Shown: positions 30,890 through 41,251 of the stretch, in pieces
Layout of the letters: every line of letters begins with the position of its first letter
How positions within the stretch are numbered: the first letter of the stretch is position 1
Virus record (IMG/VR): IMGVR_UViG_3300047554_000536
Location: 1-64,000 of that record
Length of the DNA stretch: 64,000 bases
Source: a virus
Direction: 5' to 3' (one strand)
Made by a program: the position numbers and the translations under genes
Notes under the pieces: generated by a model
What the model saw: only the letters and a program-made list of their open reading frames with translations
Databases searched by the model: none
Told to the model about the DNA's origin: nothing

Positions 30890-32236
30890 ATGAACGACAA
30901 AAAACAAGAGATTTTAAAGGCTGTGCAAGATTATATTGCACAGAAGGATGCGTCCAAAACATGGAAACCTGGAGAAGACTGGATTCAATACTCAGGTCCC
31001 TTTTTCAACAGCAACGAGTATGTTGCAGCTGTAGATACGCTACTTAACGGGTGGTTTATCTTAGGAGAAAAGGGTCGTGAGTTCGAACGTAAGTTTGCTC
31101 CTTACTTAGGTAAAAGTGATGGTGTGATTGTGAACTCAGGTAGTTCAGCAAACCTGATTATGATATCTATGTTGAAGTCTAAACGAGGAGGCGCACTTCC
31201 AGTTGGCAGTAAGTTCATTACACCAGTAGTATGTTTCCCAACAACAATTAACCCATTGATTCAAAACGGTTTTGAGCCAGTGTTCGTTGATGTTGAGTTA
31301 CCAAACCTCAATCTTAACTTGGATCAAGTTGAGAAGCTTTTGGAAGAAGATACCAACAAAGAGATTAAAGGTATCATTTTCGCACACGTATTGGGTAATC
31401 CTCCAAACATGGATCGTCTTATGGCTATTGTAGAGAAGTATAACTTGATCTTCTTAGAGGATTGTTGTGATGCTTTAGGCTCTACATGGGATGGAAAACC
31501 ATTAGGATCATTTGGTCAGATTTCAACATGCTCATTCTTCCCAGCACACCACATGACGACTGGAGAAGGTGGTTTTGTGGCAGTAGGTAAGGGTATGCAT
31601 AGATTGTTAGCTGCATCACTTCGTGACTGGGGTCGTGCATGTTATTGCAACACTGCAAAACCTGGAAACGTAACTTGTGGTACGGCATGTGGTATGCGTA
31701 TGAATAATTGGTTTAAAGCCTATCCTGAATTAACTTATGATCACCGTTATGTGTTCGAAGAGATTGGATACAACCTCAAACCTACCGAAATGCAAGCTGC
31801 AATTGGTTTATCTCAAATCGAGAAGTTGGATGAGATGCATGGACGACGTAAGGAAAACTTTAAGCGATTGTACAGCATCTTTAAGAAGTATGAGCATTGG
31901 TTCCACTTACCACAATCGTTAGATAAAGCTGATACTAGTTGGTTTGGATTCCTATTAACTCTGAGAGATGGTGCACCATTCGAAAAGAATGATCTAGTAG
32001 ATACTCTTGAAGCAGCTAAGATTCAGACACGATCATACTTCACCGGTAACGCTTTATTTCATCCAGCATATTGCGATCTACCAATGTTTGCTCACTATAC
32101 AGATCCAAAAGGAATGTTCCCAGTGGCTACTAAAACTACAAAAGATACATTCTTCTTAGGGGTTTATCCTGGAATCACTGACGAACAATTAGATTACATT
32201 GAACAAATTGTTGACAGATTCTTTGAAAACCTATAA
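30890..32236 (+). CDS. rfbH: NDP-4-keto-6-deoxyglucose 3-dehydrase (RfbH/DdhC, E1)
   Basis: VNSGSSANL, EDCCDALG, SFFPAHHMTTGEGG (His replacing the PLP Lys), RDWGRACYC..TCG Fe-S cysteines. Confidence 0.9.
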   Translation: MNDKKQEILKAVQDYIAQKDASKTWKPGEDWIQYSGPFFNSNEYVAAVDTLLNGWFILGEKGREFERKFAPYLGKSDGVIVNSGSSANLIMISMLKSKRGGALPVGSKFITPVVCFPTTINPLIQNGFEPVFVDVELPNLNLNLDQVEKLLEEDTNKEIKGIIFAHVLGNPPNMDRLMAIVEKYNLIFLEDCCDALGSTWDGKPLGSFGQISTCSFFPAHHMTTGEGGFVAVGKGMHRLLAASLRDWGRACYCNTAKPGNVTCGTACGMRMNNWFKAYPELTYDHRYVFEEIGYNLKPTEMQAAIGLSQIEKLDEMHGRRKENFKRLYSIFKKYEHWFHLPQSLDKADTSWFGFLLTLRDGAPFEKNDLVDTLEAAKIQTRSYFTGNALFHPAYCDLPMFAHYTDPKGMFPVATKTTKDTFFLGVYPGITDEQLDYIEQIVDRFFENL

Positions 32237-33075
32237 TGAGTTATATCACATTTAAGACGATTGGTGGTGCTGGTGATTTAGGATCACAAATACAGCAATA
32301 TGCGTCACTCTATGCTGTGGCAAAGGCTTCTGGGAAGACAATAGTTTTCCCAGAGTCTTCTTTAAAGTTAGACTATGGTTTCAAGTTTGCAAACCTACTC
32401 GATATACCTATTGAGACTAAACCCGATGACTTCTTCAAGGATTTCATCGATATTAGACCGGATGATCAGCAGATAGTAGACTCTAGTGTGTTTCAACTAC
32501 AACCAAACAAAAACTACAACATAGTTAACAGATTCGATCTATACAAATACTGGCACCCAACCTATGCAGAGGATGTTTTGCAGTGGTCTTGGAATAAAGA
32601 TCATGAACAAGCAGCTAAGCGTATGATGGAATCAATTGCACAGCCAGGAAAAGAGTTAGTAGCTATTCATGTTCGTAGAGGTGATTATTTACTACCACAG
32701 CATGACCATTTTTGTAAATTGAATACAGACTACTATGGTGAGGCTATTAAACCATACATCGATGAGTTAGAGAAGTACCATTTCGTAATCTTCTCAAATG
32801 ACATTGAATGGTGTAAGGAGAGTTTGATTGAGGGTGATATGGTTACCTTTGTTGAACCTGGTTTGGATTATGTTGACATGATTGCTATGAGTATGTGTAA
32901 TCACTTTATCGTAGCAAATAGTTCGTACAGCTGGTGGGCAGCTTTTAGAAGTAAAAACCCAAACAAAAAGGTGACGTGTCCTATAAACTATCTAAAGAGT
33001 TATAGTCCATGGTCACACATTAATGGAAATTATTATCCATCCGAATGGAATGGAATACACAACAATTCAATATGA
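32236..33075 (+). CDS. alpha-1,2-fucosyltransferase (GT11)
   Basis: HVRRGDY, FSNDIEWCK, CNHFIVANSSYSWWAA. Confidence 0.88.
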   Translation: MSYITFKTIGGAGDLGSQIQQYASLYAVAKASGKTIVFPESSLKLDYGFKFANLLDIPIETKPDDFFKDFIDIRPDDQQIVDSSVFQLQPNKNYNIVNRFDLYKYWHPTYAEDVLQWSWNKDHEQAAKRMMESIAQPGKELVAIHVRRGDYLLPQHDHFCKLNTDYYGEAIKPYIDELEKYHFVIFSNDIEWCKESLIEGDMVTFVEPGLDYVDMIAMSMCNHFIVANSSYSWWAAFRSKNPNKKVTCPINYLKSYSPWSHINGNYYPSEWNGIHNNSI

Positions 33076-34040
33076 AGAGAGTAGTTTACGTAACGGGTTG
33101 TCTAGGGTTTATTGGATCCTACATAACGATGAAGTGTTTAGATCGAGGATGGTATGTTAAGGGTGTTGATAAGATTACATACGCATCTAATAAAAAAATG
33201 CTAAAGGTTTTTGAATCACATCCAAATTTCTCATTTGTTCATTGTGATATAAATGACTTGAAGTTTTTGTACGATTGTGACTTTGTAATCAACACAGCAG
33301 CAGAGACTCACGTAGGGAATAGTATTGCTAGCAGTCAGGAGTTTGTGAAGTCTAACGTAGATGGGGTACACAACCTACTAGAGTTGATTAGGAATCATAG
33401 AGGGGAGAATGCGCAAAAGCCTACACTCATTCATTTCAGTACTGATGAGGTATATGGTGATATCGAGGACGGTGCTCATACAGAGGAGCATCTACTGAAG
33501 CCAAGTAATCCATACTCAGCTACAAAAGCTGCAGCTGATATGTTAATCATGGCTTGGGGTAGAACTCACAAAGTACCTTATATGATTGTTAGACCAACTA
33601 ACAACTACGGTATTGGTCAGTATGTTGAAAAGTTAATCCCAAAAGCGGTTAAGCTATTGAGTTTAGGACGTAAGATTCCACTACACAATAACGGAACACC
33701 ATATCGAAATTGGCTACATGCTAACGATACGGCAGAAGCTATTATCACGTTGATGGAAAAGGGACAAAGTGGTGAGATATACAATATTGCAGGTGGCTTT
33801 GAGCAATCAAACATCGACACAATCAAACAAGTTATTACAGAGTTTGTAGAGATTGTGAATTGGGAAGACTTTCACGGAATCGACCAGTATGTAGATTTCA
33901 CGTACAGTAGACCTGGCCAAGATGTCCGCTATGCATTAGATGATTCTAAACTACGTCAATTAGGTTGGGAGCCTAAGAAGTTGTTTTCTGAAGAAATTAG
34001 TGGTATAGTAAAGTATTACAAGGAAGGTTATATATGGTAA
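33072..34040 (+). CDS. rfbB: dTDP-glucose 4,6-dehydratase-like
   Basis: TGCLGFIGS, DKITYA, AAETHV, STDEVYG, PSNPYSATKAA, RPGQDVRYA. Confidence 0.88.
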   Translation: MKRVVYVTGCLGFIGSYITMKCLDRGWYVKGVDKITYASNKKMLKVFESHPNFSFVHCDINDLKFLYDCDFVINTAAETHVGNSIASSQEFVKSNVDGVHNLLELIRNHRGENAQKPTLIHFSTDEVYGDIEDGAHTEEHLLKPSNPYSATKAAADMLIMAWGRTHKVPYMIVRPTNNYGIGQYVEKLIPKAVKLLSLGRKIPLHNNGTPYRNWLHANDTAEAIITLMEKGQSGEIYNIAGGFEQSNIDTIKQVITEFVEIVNWEDFHGIDQYVDFTYSRPGQDVRYALDDSKLRQLGWEPKKLFSEEISGIVKYYKEGYIW

Positions 34041-35785
34041 AAATCAGTGAAGCAATTAAGAACTATCTAGTTGCTAATAAGGTAGAAGTTGTATTCGGTA
34101 TAATTGGATCTGCAAACTCACACATATACGATTCCTTAATCGATTGTGAGAGTATAAAGGTCGTTCCAACTCATCATGAGCAAGCTGCTGTAATGGCAAT
34201 GGGTGCTTATTATAGAGCTACCGGAAAGCTATCAGCTGCGTTAGTTACAGCTGGAGGAGGATCTTCTAATGCATTCACTGGAATACTATCCAATTGGGCT
34301 GACTCAATTCCAGGTATTATCATATCAGGACAGGAGCAATCCTACTACATTGATGAGTATTCTGATATGCGTATGTATGGTATTCAGGGATACGATTCTG
34401 TAAAAACCTATGCAGGGCATGTAAAGATGTCTGTGAGGTTAACAAAGGATAATGTCCATGACATCTTACCAAAAGCTTTTGCGGAGACTAAGCAGGGAAG
34501 ACCTGGACCAGTATACATCGAAGTTCCGTTCGATACACAGAGCCAATTGGTTGAAGATGTGGTAGTAGATACACCATCACAAGACTATGCTAATGTACGC
34601 TCAGAAGCGGAGTATATAGTGGAAAGGCTTAATCAAGCAAAACGTCCTTTGGTGTTAGGTGGACATGGTGTTAAGCTATCGGAAGCAGAGGATTTATTTA
34701 GATCCTTTGTGAGAACTCACAGCCTACCTACAGTGTTAAGCTGGTCAGCGGTAGACCTATTACCGACAAACGATCCACAGAACTTTGGTCGTCCAGGAGT
34801 ACAAGGTCAGAGAGCTGCTAATTTTATTGTACAAAATAGTGATTTGATTATAGTATTAGGAAGTCGATTATCTTTGTTGCAGACTGGCTACTCTAGGAAG
34901 GACTTTGCACCTGGTGCAGAGATCATTCATGTGGATATTGATCCAAAAGAGACTAGAAAGTTTAATGGAGCTAACTTCAACATCGATGTTTACAACTTAC
35001 TGTATCAACTAAGAAAGATGCAGTTGAACATTAGTGTCAATGTTCCTGAGTGGGTATCCTATTGCAACACTATTAGGAATCGATATCCATTAGTGATGCC
35101 AGAGCATCTAGCAGACCCTACAAACTCATACACATTTATTGATCACCTATCCAATCAGTTACCAGATAACTACACAATCGTAACCGATATGGGAACAGCT
35201 TTACTGAGTGGCTTTTATGGTTTTAATATCAAAGAGAATCAAAAGATGTTCACCTCATTAGGTTTAGGTGAGATGGGGTACGGTCTTGCAGCAGCAGTTG
35301 GTGCTGGTTTTGGAGATAAGCCAGTTCTATGTTTGAATTGTGATGGTGGTATGATGATGAACCTACAAGAGCTTCAGACAATCAAAACACACAACCTTCC
35401 AGTTAAGATTGTCATCTTTAACAATGATGGTTATTTGATGATCAAGCATACACAAAAGATGTTATTCAAAGGTCGTAAGACTTGTGTAGATTCTAACACA
35501 GGAGTAACTCTTCCAGATTACGAAAAAGTTGCAAAAGCGTTTGATTTTCCGTATTATACAGAAGAGCAGATGGATAGTTTCCTAAGTGATCCAGGATGCG
35601 GTATTATGGAGGTGTTTATGCATCCAGAGCAAGAGTTTATTCCAAAGGTCAAAGGAATGGTACAACCGGATGGTTCTATTAAAGCAGGATTACTAGAGGA
35701 GATGTCACCATTACTACCATTGGAAAGTGTTGAGCAAGCCATGATTGTAGGAATTAACGAACGAAGTAAACAAGCAGTAAGATGA
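34034..35785 (+). CDS. thiamine-diphosphate-dependent enzyme (acetolactate-synthase-like, YerE-type carboligase)
   Basis: HHEQAAVMA, GRPGPVYIEVPFD, GLGEMGYGL, CDGGMMMNLQEL..IFNNDGY. Confidence 0.85.
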   Translation: MVKISEAIKNYLVANKVEVVFGIIGSANSHIYDSLIDCESIKVVPTHHEQAAVMAMGAYYRATGKLSAALVTAGGGSSNAFTGILSNWADSIPGIIISGQEQSYYIDEYSDMRMYGIQGYDSVKTYAGHVKMSVRLTKDNVHDILPKAFAETKQGRPGPVYIEVPFDTQSQLVEDVVVDTPSQDYANVRSEAEYIVERLNQAKRPLVLGGHGVKLSEAEDLFRSFVRTHSLPTVLSWSAVDLLPTNDPQNFGRPGVQGQRAANFIVQNSDLIIVLGSRLSLLQTGYSRKDFAPGAEIIHVDIDPKETRKFNGANFNIDVYNLLYQLRKMQLNISVNVPEWVSYCNTIRNRYPLVMPEHLADPTNSYTFIDHLSNQLPDNYTIVTDMGTALLSGFYGFNIKENQKMFTSLGLGEMGYGLAAAVGAGFGDKPVLCLNCDGGMMMNLQELQTIKTHNLPVKIVIFNNDGYLMIKHTQKMLFKGRKTCVDSNTGVTLPDYEKVAKAFDFPYYTEEQMDSFLSDPGCGIMEVFMHPEQEFIPKVKGMVQPDGSIKAGLLEEMSPLLPLESVEQAMIVGINERSKQAVR

Positions 35786-36642
35786 AAATAAAAGTAGCCA
35801 TTCTAGGTACCGGAAACATTGGTACCGACTTATTACTAAAAGCCTTGCGATCAGACTTTATCGACGTGGTTGCGTTTGTAGGTCGTAGGTTGGATTCTGA
35901 TGGTATGGGTATAGCTAAATCAAAGGGTGTATTCATATCGGATCAGGGTATAGAGTATTTCAAAAGCAATCCTAACTGCTGTGATGTGGTTTACGATTGT
36001 ACTAGTGCAGCAGATGCTAGAGAGCATGCAAAGGTATTCAAAGAGCAGGGTATCAAAGTAGTTGATTTGACCCCAGCTAAGGTAGGTGATATGTGTGTAC
36101 CGGATGTGAATGCATCAATGATACTCACTGACGATAATGTGAATATGATTACTTGTGGTGGTCAGGCTTCAATGCCAATGCTACATCTAATAGCTAAGCG
36201 TTGTACTGGATTGGAGTATGTAGAGATTGTATCACAGATCGCATCAAAGAGTGCTGGAATGGCTACGAGAATTAATGTAGACAACTACATTAAGACTACA
36301 CGTAAAGCAATTACAAAATTCACAGGGTGTAAGAATACAAAAGTGATTCTCAATCTTAATCCAGCCGAGCCTTGTGTAGATATGCAAACCACCATATTCA
36401 TCAAGACTAAGGACCTCAACTCCACTGGATTGGTAGAAGAGATTGCTGAGAAGATCGAAGAATTAAAGACCTATATACCACACTACGAATTAGTACTTCC
36501 ACCTACCAAAAATGAGAGCGGAGTAATAGTACTCAGTATCAAGGTTAAGGGAGCAGGCGACTATCTCCCAGAGTATGCAGGAAATTTAGATATCATTAAC
36601 TGTGCTGCCATCAAGGTTACACAAAAACTAGCAGAAGCATGA
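35782..36642 (+). CDS. mhpF: acetaldehyde dehydrogenase, acylating (DmpF/MhpF family)
   Basis: AILGTGNIGTDL, DLTPA, NVNMITCGGQA, GDYLPEYAGNLDII. Confidence 0.92.
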   Translation: MKIKVAILGTGNIGTDLLLKALRSDFIDVVAFVGRRLDSDGMGIAKSKGVFISDQGIEYFKSNPNCCDVVYDCTSAADAREHAKVFKEQGIKVVDLTPAKVGDMCVPDVNASMILTDDNVNMITCGGQASMPMLHLIAKRCTGLEYVEIVSQIASKSAGMATRINVDNYIKTTRKAITKFTGCKNTKVILNLNPAEPCVDMQTTIFIKTKDLNSTGLVEEIAEKIEELKTYIPHYELVLPPTKNESGVIVLSIKVKGAGDYLPEYAGNLDIINCAAIKVTQKLAEA

Positions 36643-37637
36643 AAAACATTATCATAACTGATTCAAGTCTACGCGATGGGAATCACAGCGTAAAACATAC
36701 AATAAGTCTGGATAGTATTGAGAGGTACTGTCAATTTGCAGATCAGGCAGGAATACCAATTGTAGAGGTAGGACATGGTAATGGATTAGCAGCTTCCTCC
36801 TTATTGATTGGAAAGTCTCCAAGCACAGATAAGGAGATGCTTACTACGGCTAGGAAGTATCTGAAGAATTCTAAACTAGGTATCCATACTATTCCAGGAC
36901 TATCGACAATTGATGATGCTATGGCTGCTGCAGATTATGGTGTGGATGTGTTCCGCGTAGCCACTCACTGTACTGAAGCAACTCTTTCTAAATCTCACAT
37001 CGAGTATCTAGCAAAAGCAGGTAAAGAGGTTTATGGAGTATTAATGATGAGTGCACTGATCTCTGAAGGAGAGCTTGTAGAGCAAGCTAAGATCATGGAG
37101 GATTATGGTGCACAAGCGATTATCATTATGGATTCAACCGGTACATATCTTCCTAGTGACGTACAACGTAGAGTAGCGTTTCTTAAAGCCTTTACCAACG
37201 TTAAAATTGGATTCCATGCTCACAACAACTTAGGATGTGCAGTAGCTAATTCGTTAGCTGCAGTTGAGGAGGGTGCAGATATGATTGATGCATGTATAAG
37301 AGGTTTTGGAGCAGGAGCAGGCAACGCACCACTAGAATTAATACTACCAGTATTTGAAAAGAGTGGTTATGCAACTGGTATTAGTTTTGAAGAAGTGATT
37401 AAGGAAGCTGATCGAGTAATGGATTACCTAGTACCTGAGGCACCAATCACAACACCAATCAATGTATTAACTGGTTTAACCAAGCTGTTCTCAGGATTCG
37501 AGAAGCCAATCATTAAAGCTTCGAAGCTATATGGTGTAGAATACTCTTCTCTTATCTTTGAATTAGGTAACAGAAAGTTAGTTGCTGGTCAGGAAGATTT
37601 GATTCTAGAAGTTGCACAAAAGCTAAAGAATAAATGA
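36639..37637 (+). CDS. mhpE: 4-hydroxy-2-oxovalerate aldolase (DmpG/MhpE family)
   Basis: DSSLRDGNH, EVGHGNGL, RVATHCTEA, GFHAHNNLG, GAGAGN. Confidence 0.92.
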   Translation: MKNIIITDSSLRDGNHSVKHTISLDSIERYCQFADQAGIPIVEVGHGNGLAASSLLIGKSPSTDKEMLTTARKYLKNSKLGIHTIPGLSTIDDAMAAADYGVDVFRVATHCTEATLSKSHIEYLAKAGKEVYGVLMMSALISEGELVEQAKIMEDYGAQAIIIMDSTGTYLPSDVQRRVAFLKAFTNVKIGFHAHNNLGCAVANSLAAVEEGADMIDACIRGFGAGAGNAPLELILPVFEKSGYATGISFEEVIKEADRVMDYLVPEAPITTPINVLTGLTKLFSGFEKPIIKASKLYGVEYSSLIFELGNRKLVAGQEDLILEVAQKLKNK

Positions 37638-38401
37638 AAATCCTAATCACTGGAGGTAATGGGTATATCGGAAAAAGCATATATTCCGCTTTATATGGTA
37701 AATATGATATAACAGTGGTCACTAAGCAAGATTTCGATCTTGCAGACTACGTAGCCACTTCTGAGTTCTTTAAAGGAAAGTACTTTGATGTAGTAATTCA
37801 TACAGCTGTATCAGGAGGGCATAGGTTGTTAGTCGATAGTGGTGGAACAATCCGCAACAACATTAATATGTTTTGGAATCTTGTCGACAATCAAGAACAC
37901 TTTGGTAGATTCATTACATTTGGATCAGGAGCTGAGATATACGATTCAAGACAGCCATATGGTTTGAGTAAAAGAGTTATAGCAGATGCGATGGAGGGAA
38001 GAGATGAGTACTACAATCTAAGAATCTATGCAGTGTTTGATGAAAACGAATTGGATACAAGGTTCATTAAGAGTAACATTGTTAGGTACATCGATGGTGA
38101 GGATATGGTGATACACCAGGATAAGTACATGGACTTCTTTTATATGGAGGATCTAGTGTCGCTAGTGGATTACTACATCACCGCAAAAGATCCAGTTCAG
38201 ACTGTGGATTGTTGCTACCTACAGAAGTATAAGCTAAGCGATATAGCTAGAATGATCAACGGATTGAACAAGTATAGGATTGGAGTCATGGTAGATGAGG
38301 AAGGATTGGGACCAGATTATACCGGCAACTATGTTGGTCTGCCAATTAAACTGATAGGATTAGAGCAAGGAATTAGAAACACGTATAGCAAATTAAAATG
38401 A
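37634..38401 (+). CDS. NAD-dependent epimerase/reductase (extended SDR)
   Basis: ITGGNGYIG, FGSGAE, YGLSK. Confidence 0.85.
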   Translation: MKILITGGNGYIGKSIYSALYGKYDITVVTKQDFDLADYVATSEFFKGKYFDVVIHTAVSGGHRLLVDSGGTIRNNINMFWNLVDNQEHFGRFITFGSGAEIYDSRQPYGLSKRVIADAMEGRDEYYNLRIYAVFDENELDTRFIKSNIVRYIDGEDMVIHQDKYMDFFYMEDLVSLVDYYITAKDPVQTVDCCYLQKYKLSDIARMINGLNKYRIGVMVDEEGLGPDYTGNYVGLPIKLIGLEQGIRNTYSKLK

Positions 38402-39702
38402 TAAGACCAATTACATTCTGTATTAATACAGCTAACAATGAGAGAGACTATGTCCTATTACTACTCAAGTCTCTGAAGGATCACACCCAAATAGATATGC
38501 ATGAGGTATTGGTGTTTGTCGATACAGATAACCAAAACACATACGAGGCACTACTTGATATGAAGAAGGAGATTGCAAACCTTCGCGTATGCAAAAACCC
38601 AAATCCACATCCAGTATGGTGTCAACGCAACATCTCAATCTTATTCGATCAAGCAAAGAATGACTTGATTTGTTACTTACAATCTGACATGGTTGTTGGT
38701 TTAGAGTTTGATAAGCACATCTGCGAAAACATGCAATCTGAGAATACTGTATTATGTTGTGCTAGAATAGAACCACCACTACATCCTGAGTCTCCGGAGA
38801 AGATTACTAAGAGCTTTGGATCATCTCCAGAAGATTTCTTATATGAGGAGTTTAATACCTTCGTAGCTGACTTACAGAAAGAGAATAGACCTAATATGTG
38901 GGGACACTTTGCTCCGTTTGTTGTTTACAAGTCAACTTGGATCAATAAGCTTGGTGGGTTTGATACTCAGTTTAGATCCTCACGCGAAGACTCTGATTTG
39001 ATTATTCGAATGGGATTGTGTGGGTTAGATTTAGTGCAGTCATGGAACGCTTGCGTATATCACTTCACTTGCGTATCAAGTCGTGGTAAGGATTGGTTCA
39101 CTGATCAGAAAGCAGCACAGATCAAGAACGAGTTGCAGAGTCAAGCGGATATCCAAGAGCTAAAGAGGTTTATTCGAAAGTGGGGCTTCTTTGGACATCA
39201 TGGTAAGCCAATCTACGATGTGACCTTTGAGATTGAATTAGATCGCTATGCAGATATAGGTTTACTGAAATTCTTAGAACCTTACTGCCAGCATCTAGTG
39301 CTATCTGACAAAGCTGTAGTTGATAGATTAGTATCGGATATTTCGTTCGAAGCTAGCTACTACAACAACTTACGATGGGGGTACACATACGACTACTGGC
39401 TAAAGAATGAGCATCTATTCAATCCAACAGACTTCTCCAAAAGAATAATTCACAGTACTGATAAGTTACCTGGTGATGTAATTGTTAGAATGAAGTACTC
39501 TGATTTAGTTGATCAGTGGAGCGATGATGTACGTCGTGTTATTGAAAGTATTAATGAGGTAGTTGATGCTAACGATTTAGGTGACTTTGAGTTTGGTCCA
39601 TTCAAGATTAGTATCATACGAAAGAACAATCTTATGCACAGCTACGAGCGAATCAACAACCTAGACCTAATAGTAAACGAGCAAGAATTTAACTTTATCT
39701 AA
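38398..39702 (+). CDS. glycosyltransferase family 2
   Basis: YLQSDMV, EPPLHP, GGFDTQF..SREDSD, YHFTCVSSRG. Confidence 0.8.
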   Translation: MIRPITFCINTANNERDYVLLLLKSLKDHTQIDMHEVLVFVDTDNQNTYEALLDMKKEIANLRVCKNPNPHPVWCQRNISILFDQAKNDLICYLQSDMVVGLEFDKHICENMQSENTVLCCARIEPPLHPESPEKITKSFGSSPEDFLYEEFNTFVADLQKENRPNMWGHFAPFVVYKSTWINKLGGFDTQFRSSREDSDLIIRMGLCGLDLVQSWNACVYHFTCVSSRGKDWFTDQKAAQIKNELQSQADIQELKRFIRKWGFFGHHGKPIYDVTFEIELDRYADIGLLKFLEPYCQHLVLSDKAVVDRLVSDISFEASYYNNLRWGYTYDYWLKNEHLFNPTDFSKRIIHSTDKLPGDVIVRMKYSDLVDQWSDDVRRVIESINEVVDANDLGDFEFGPFKISIIRKNNLMHSYERINNLDLIVNEQEFNFI

Positions 39703-39947
39703 TGCAGTACTTCTTATTAATGCCAGGTGATACAGAGCAAGATGCTCTTAATGAAGCAAACCTACTAGGAGAGTCCTCGTTTGGAGTTTTCTGGGGAGGT
39801 CAAGCATTGAAGACCTTAATGTCAATCATCGATAGCAACCCAGAGCTCTTAGTTATTGCTAAGGTGAAGACTGATACAAACAAGTCTCTAACCTTAGAAC
39901 AATTCTTAACAGATATACAAAAATTACAAGTAAGATATTCAAGATGA
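39702..39947 (+). CDS. hypothetical protein
   Basis: TAATG-coupled ORF. Confidence 0.6.
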   Translation: MQYFLLMPGDTEQDALNEANLLGESSFGVFWGGQALKTLMSIIDSNPELLVIAKVKTDTNKSLTLEQFLTDIQKLQVRYSR

Positions 39948-40099
39948 AATACTACCACTATTACTCAAGAACCGATAGAGACAAGGAGCCAATTTTCAAA
40001 GTATTTGCTCTATCACGATACAAAGCAGCAACACACTTTGCTCAGGTCAAGCGTCTCAGTCTAAAACAATTTCTAGAACTCTATGTTGTCAGCAGGTAA
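39944..40099 (+). CDS. small hypothetical protein, 51 aa (not in ORF track)
   Basis: ATGA-coupled; MKYYHYYSRTDRDKEPIFKV... Confidence 0.5.
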   Translation: MKYYHYYSRTDRDKEPIFKVFALSRYKAATHFAQVKRLSLKQFLELYVVSR

Positions 40100-40122
40100 C
40101 TATTTATATAAAAGAAAGCGTT

Positions 40123-40605
40123 ATGAAGATAATAGTGCTGTCTGCAGGCAAGAAGAAGAAGACCTATGTGGTAGAGGTTCTCGATGGTACAAACACTATT
40201 CATAGTGAGACTGTCAAGAGTGTTCACGATCGAGATGAGTTAGTGTGGAAACTAGCTGACCTATACAACGTAGATGATATTGAGATAAAAGATATACAGC
40301 AGGAGATAGACACATTCAAGTACTCAGAGATTCCATCTATCCCGGTATTGGAGGAAGATGAAGCCGACGAGTTTTTTGAAAGCAATAGTGAGTATGTGTA
40401 CGATCGTATATTACAAGCAGTAGCTGAGGGAGTTGTGCAGAATACCGATTCTATTAGACTATTTGAACTCAATGGTACTGGTGTATATATAACGTCGAAG
40501 AGAGCTGATTGGAGGAATGGTGTACAGCAAGCTCAAGACTACTTTGTTACAGTAGAGCAATATGACAAATGTATTATAGCTAGGCAGTTACTGCTGAAAC
40601 TATAA
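40123..40605 (+). CDS. hypothetical protein
   Basis: Preceded by a TATTTATA motif. Confidence 0.65.
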   Translation: MKIIVLSAGKKKKTYVVEVLDGTNTIHSETVKSVHDRDELVWKLADLYNVDDIEIKDIQQEIDTFKYSEIPSIPVLEEDEADEFFESNSEYVYDRILQAVAEGVVQNTDSIRLFELNGTGVYITSKRADWRNGVQQAQDYFVTVEQYDKCIIARQLLLKL

Positions 40606-40618
40606 AGCGAATAAGGTT

Positions 40619-41251
40619 ATGAGAAAAGCAAGAACAACAATCCTATTACAATCGCAGATTGAACAAGCGATGAAGGTAACTCGCAGCAACAAGTCAGCTG
40701 CAGAGTATCTTCGAGTAAGCTATGGACTATACAAGCGATTCGCAAAGCTATATAAGAATGCGGATGGCGTTAGCTTATTTGACGCTCACCTAAACCAATC
40801 GGGATTAGGTATATCAAAGACACACGTATCCAAAAAGAGATTCCAGCTAGATGATATTCTATTAGGAAAGTATCCGCAATATCCTAAGGATAAGTTGCTA
40901 CGTAGAATGATTATTAGTGGATACATTGAAGAGAAGTGTAATCACTGTGGGTACTGTACAAAGAGACCAACCGATCTCAAAACACCACTCATACTAAACC
41001 ACCTTAATGGCAATACAACAGACCACAATAGAGAGAACCTAGAGGTGCTGTGTTACAATTGCTACTTTGTGTTGGTTGGTGATATTAGTAGAAAGGACTT
41101 CAAGACAACATCTTATGATCGTCCAGAAGACTATCGTAACACATTAGATGAAATGATGACAAGTGAGGAGCATGCACAAGCTCTCAGCTCATTAGATTTA
41201 TTAACCGAGGAAGAGAAACAACAACTATTAAAAGGATTACACGACATATGA
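40619..41251 (+). CDS. HNH endonuclease-like protein with N-terminal HTH
   Basis: CNHCG...LNHLNGNTTDHNRENLEVLCYNC. Confidence 0.75.
   Translation: MRKARTTILLQSQIEQAMKVTRSNKSAAEYLRVSYGLYKRFAKLYKNADGVSLFDAHLNQSGLGISKTHVSKKRFQLDDILLGKYPQYPKDKLLRRMIISGYIEEKCNHCGYCTKRPTDLKTPLILNHLNGNTTDHNRENLEVLCYNCYFVLVGDISRKDFKTTSYDRPEDYRNTLDEMMTSEEHAQALSSLDLLTEEEKQQLLKGLHDI

Noticed and set aside
35782-37637. Aromatic-compound degradation as an auxiliary metabolic function
   Set aside because: No upstream meta-cleavage genes; the pair is embedded in a nucleotide-sugar operon.
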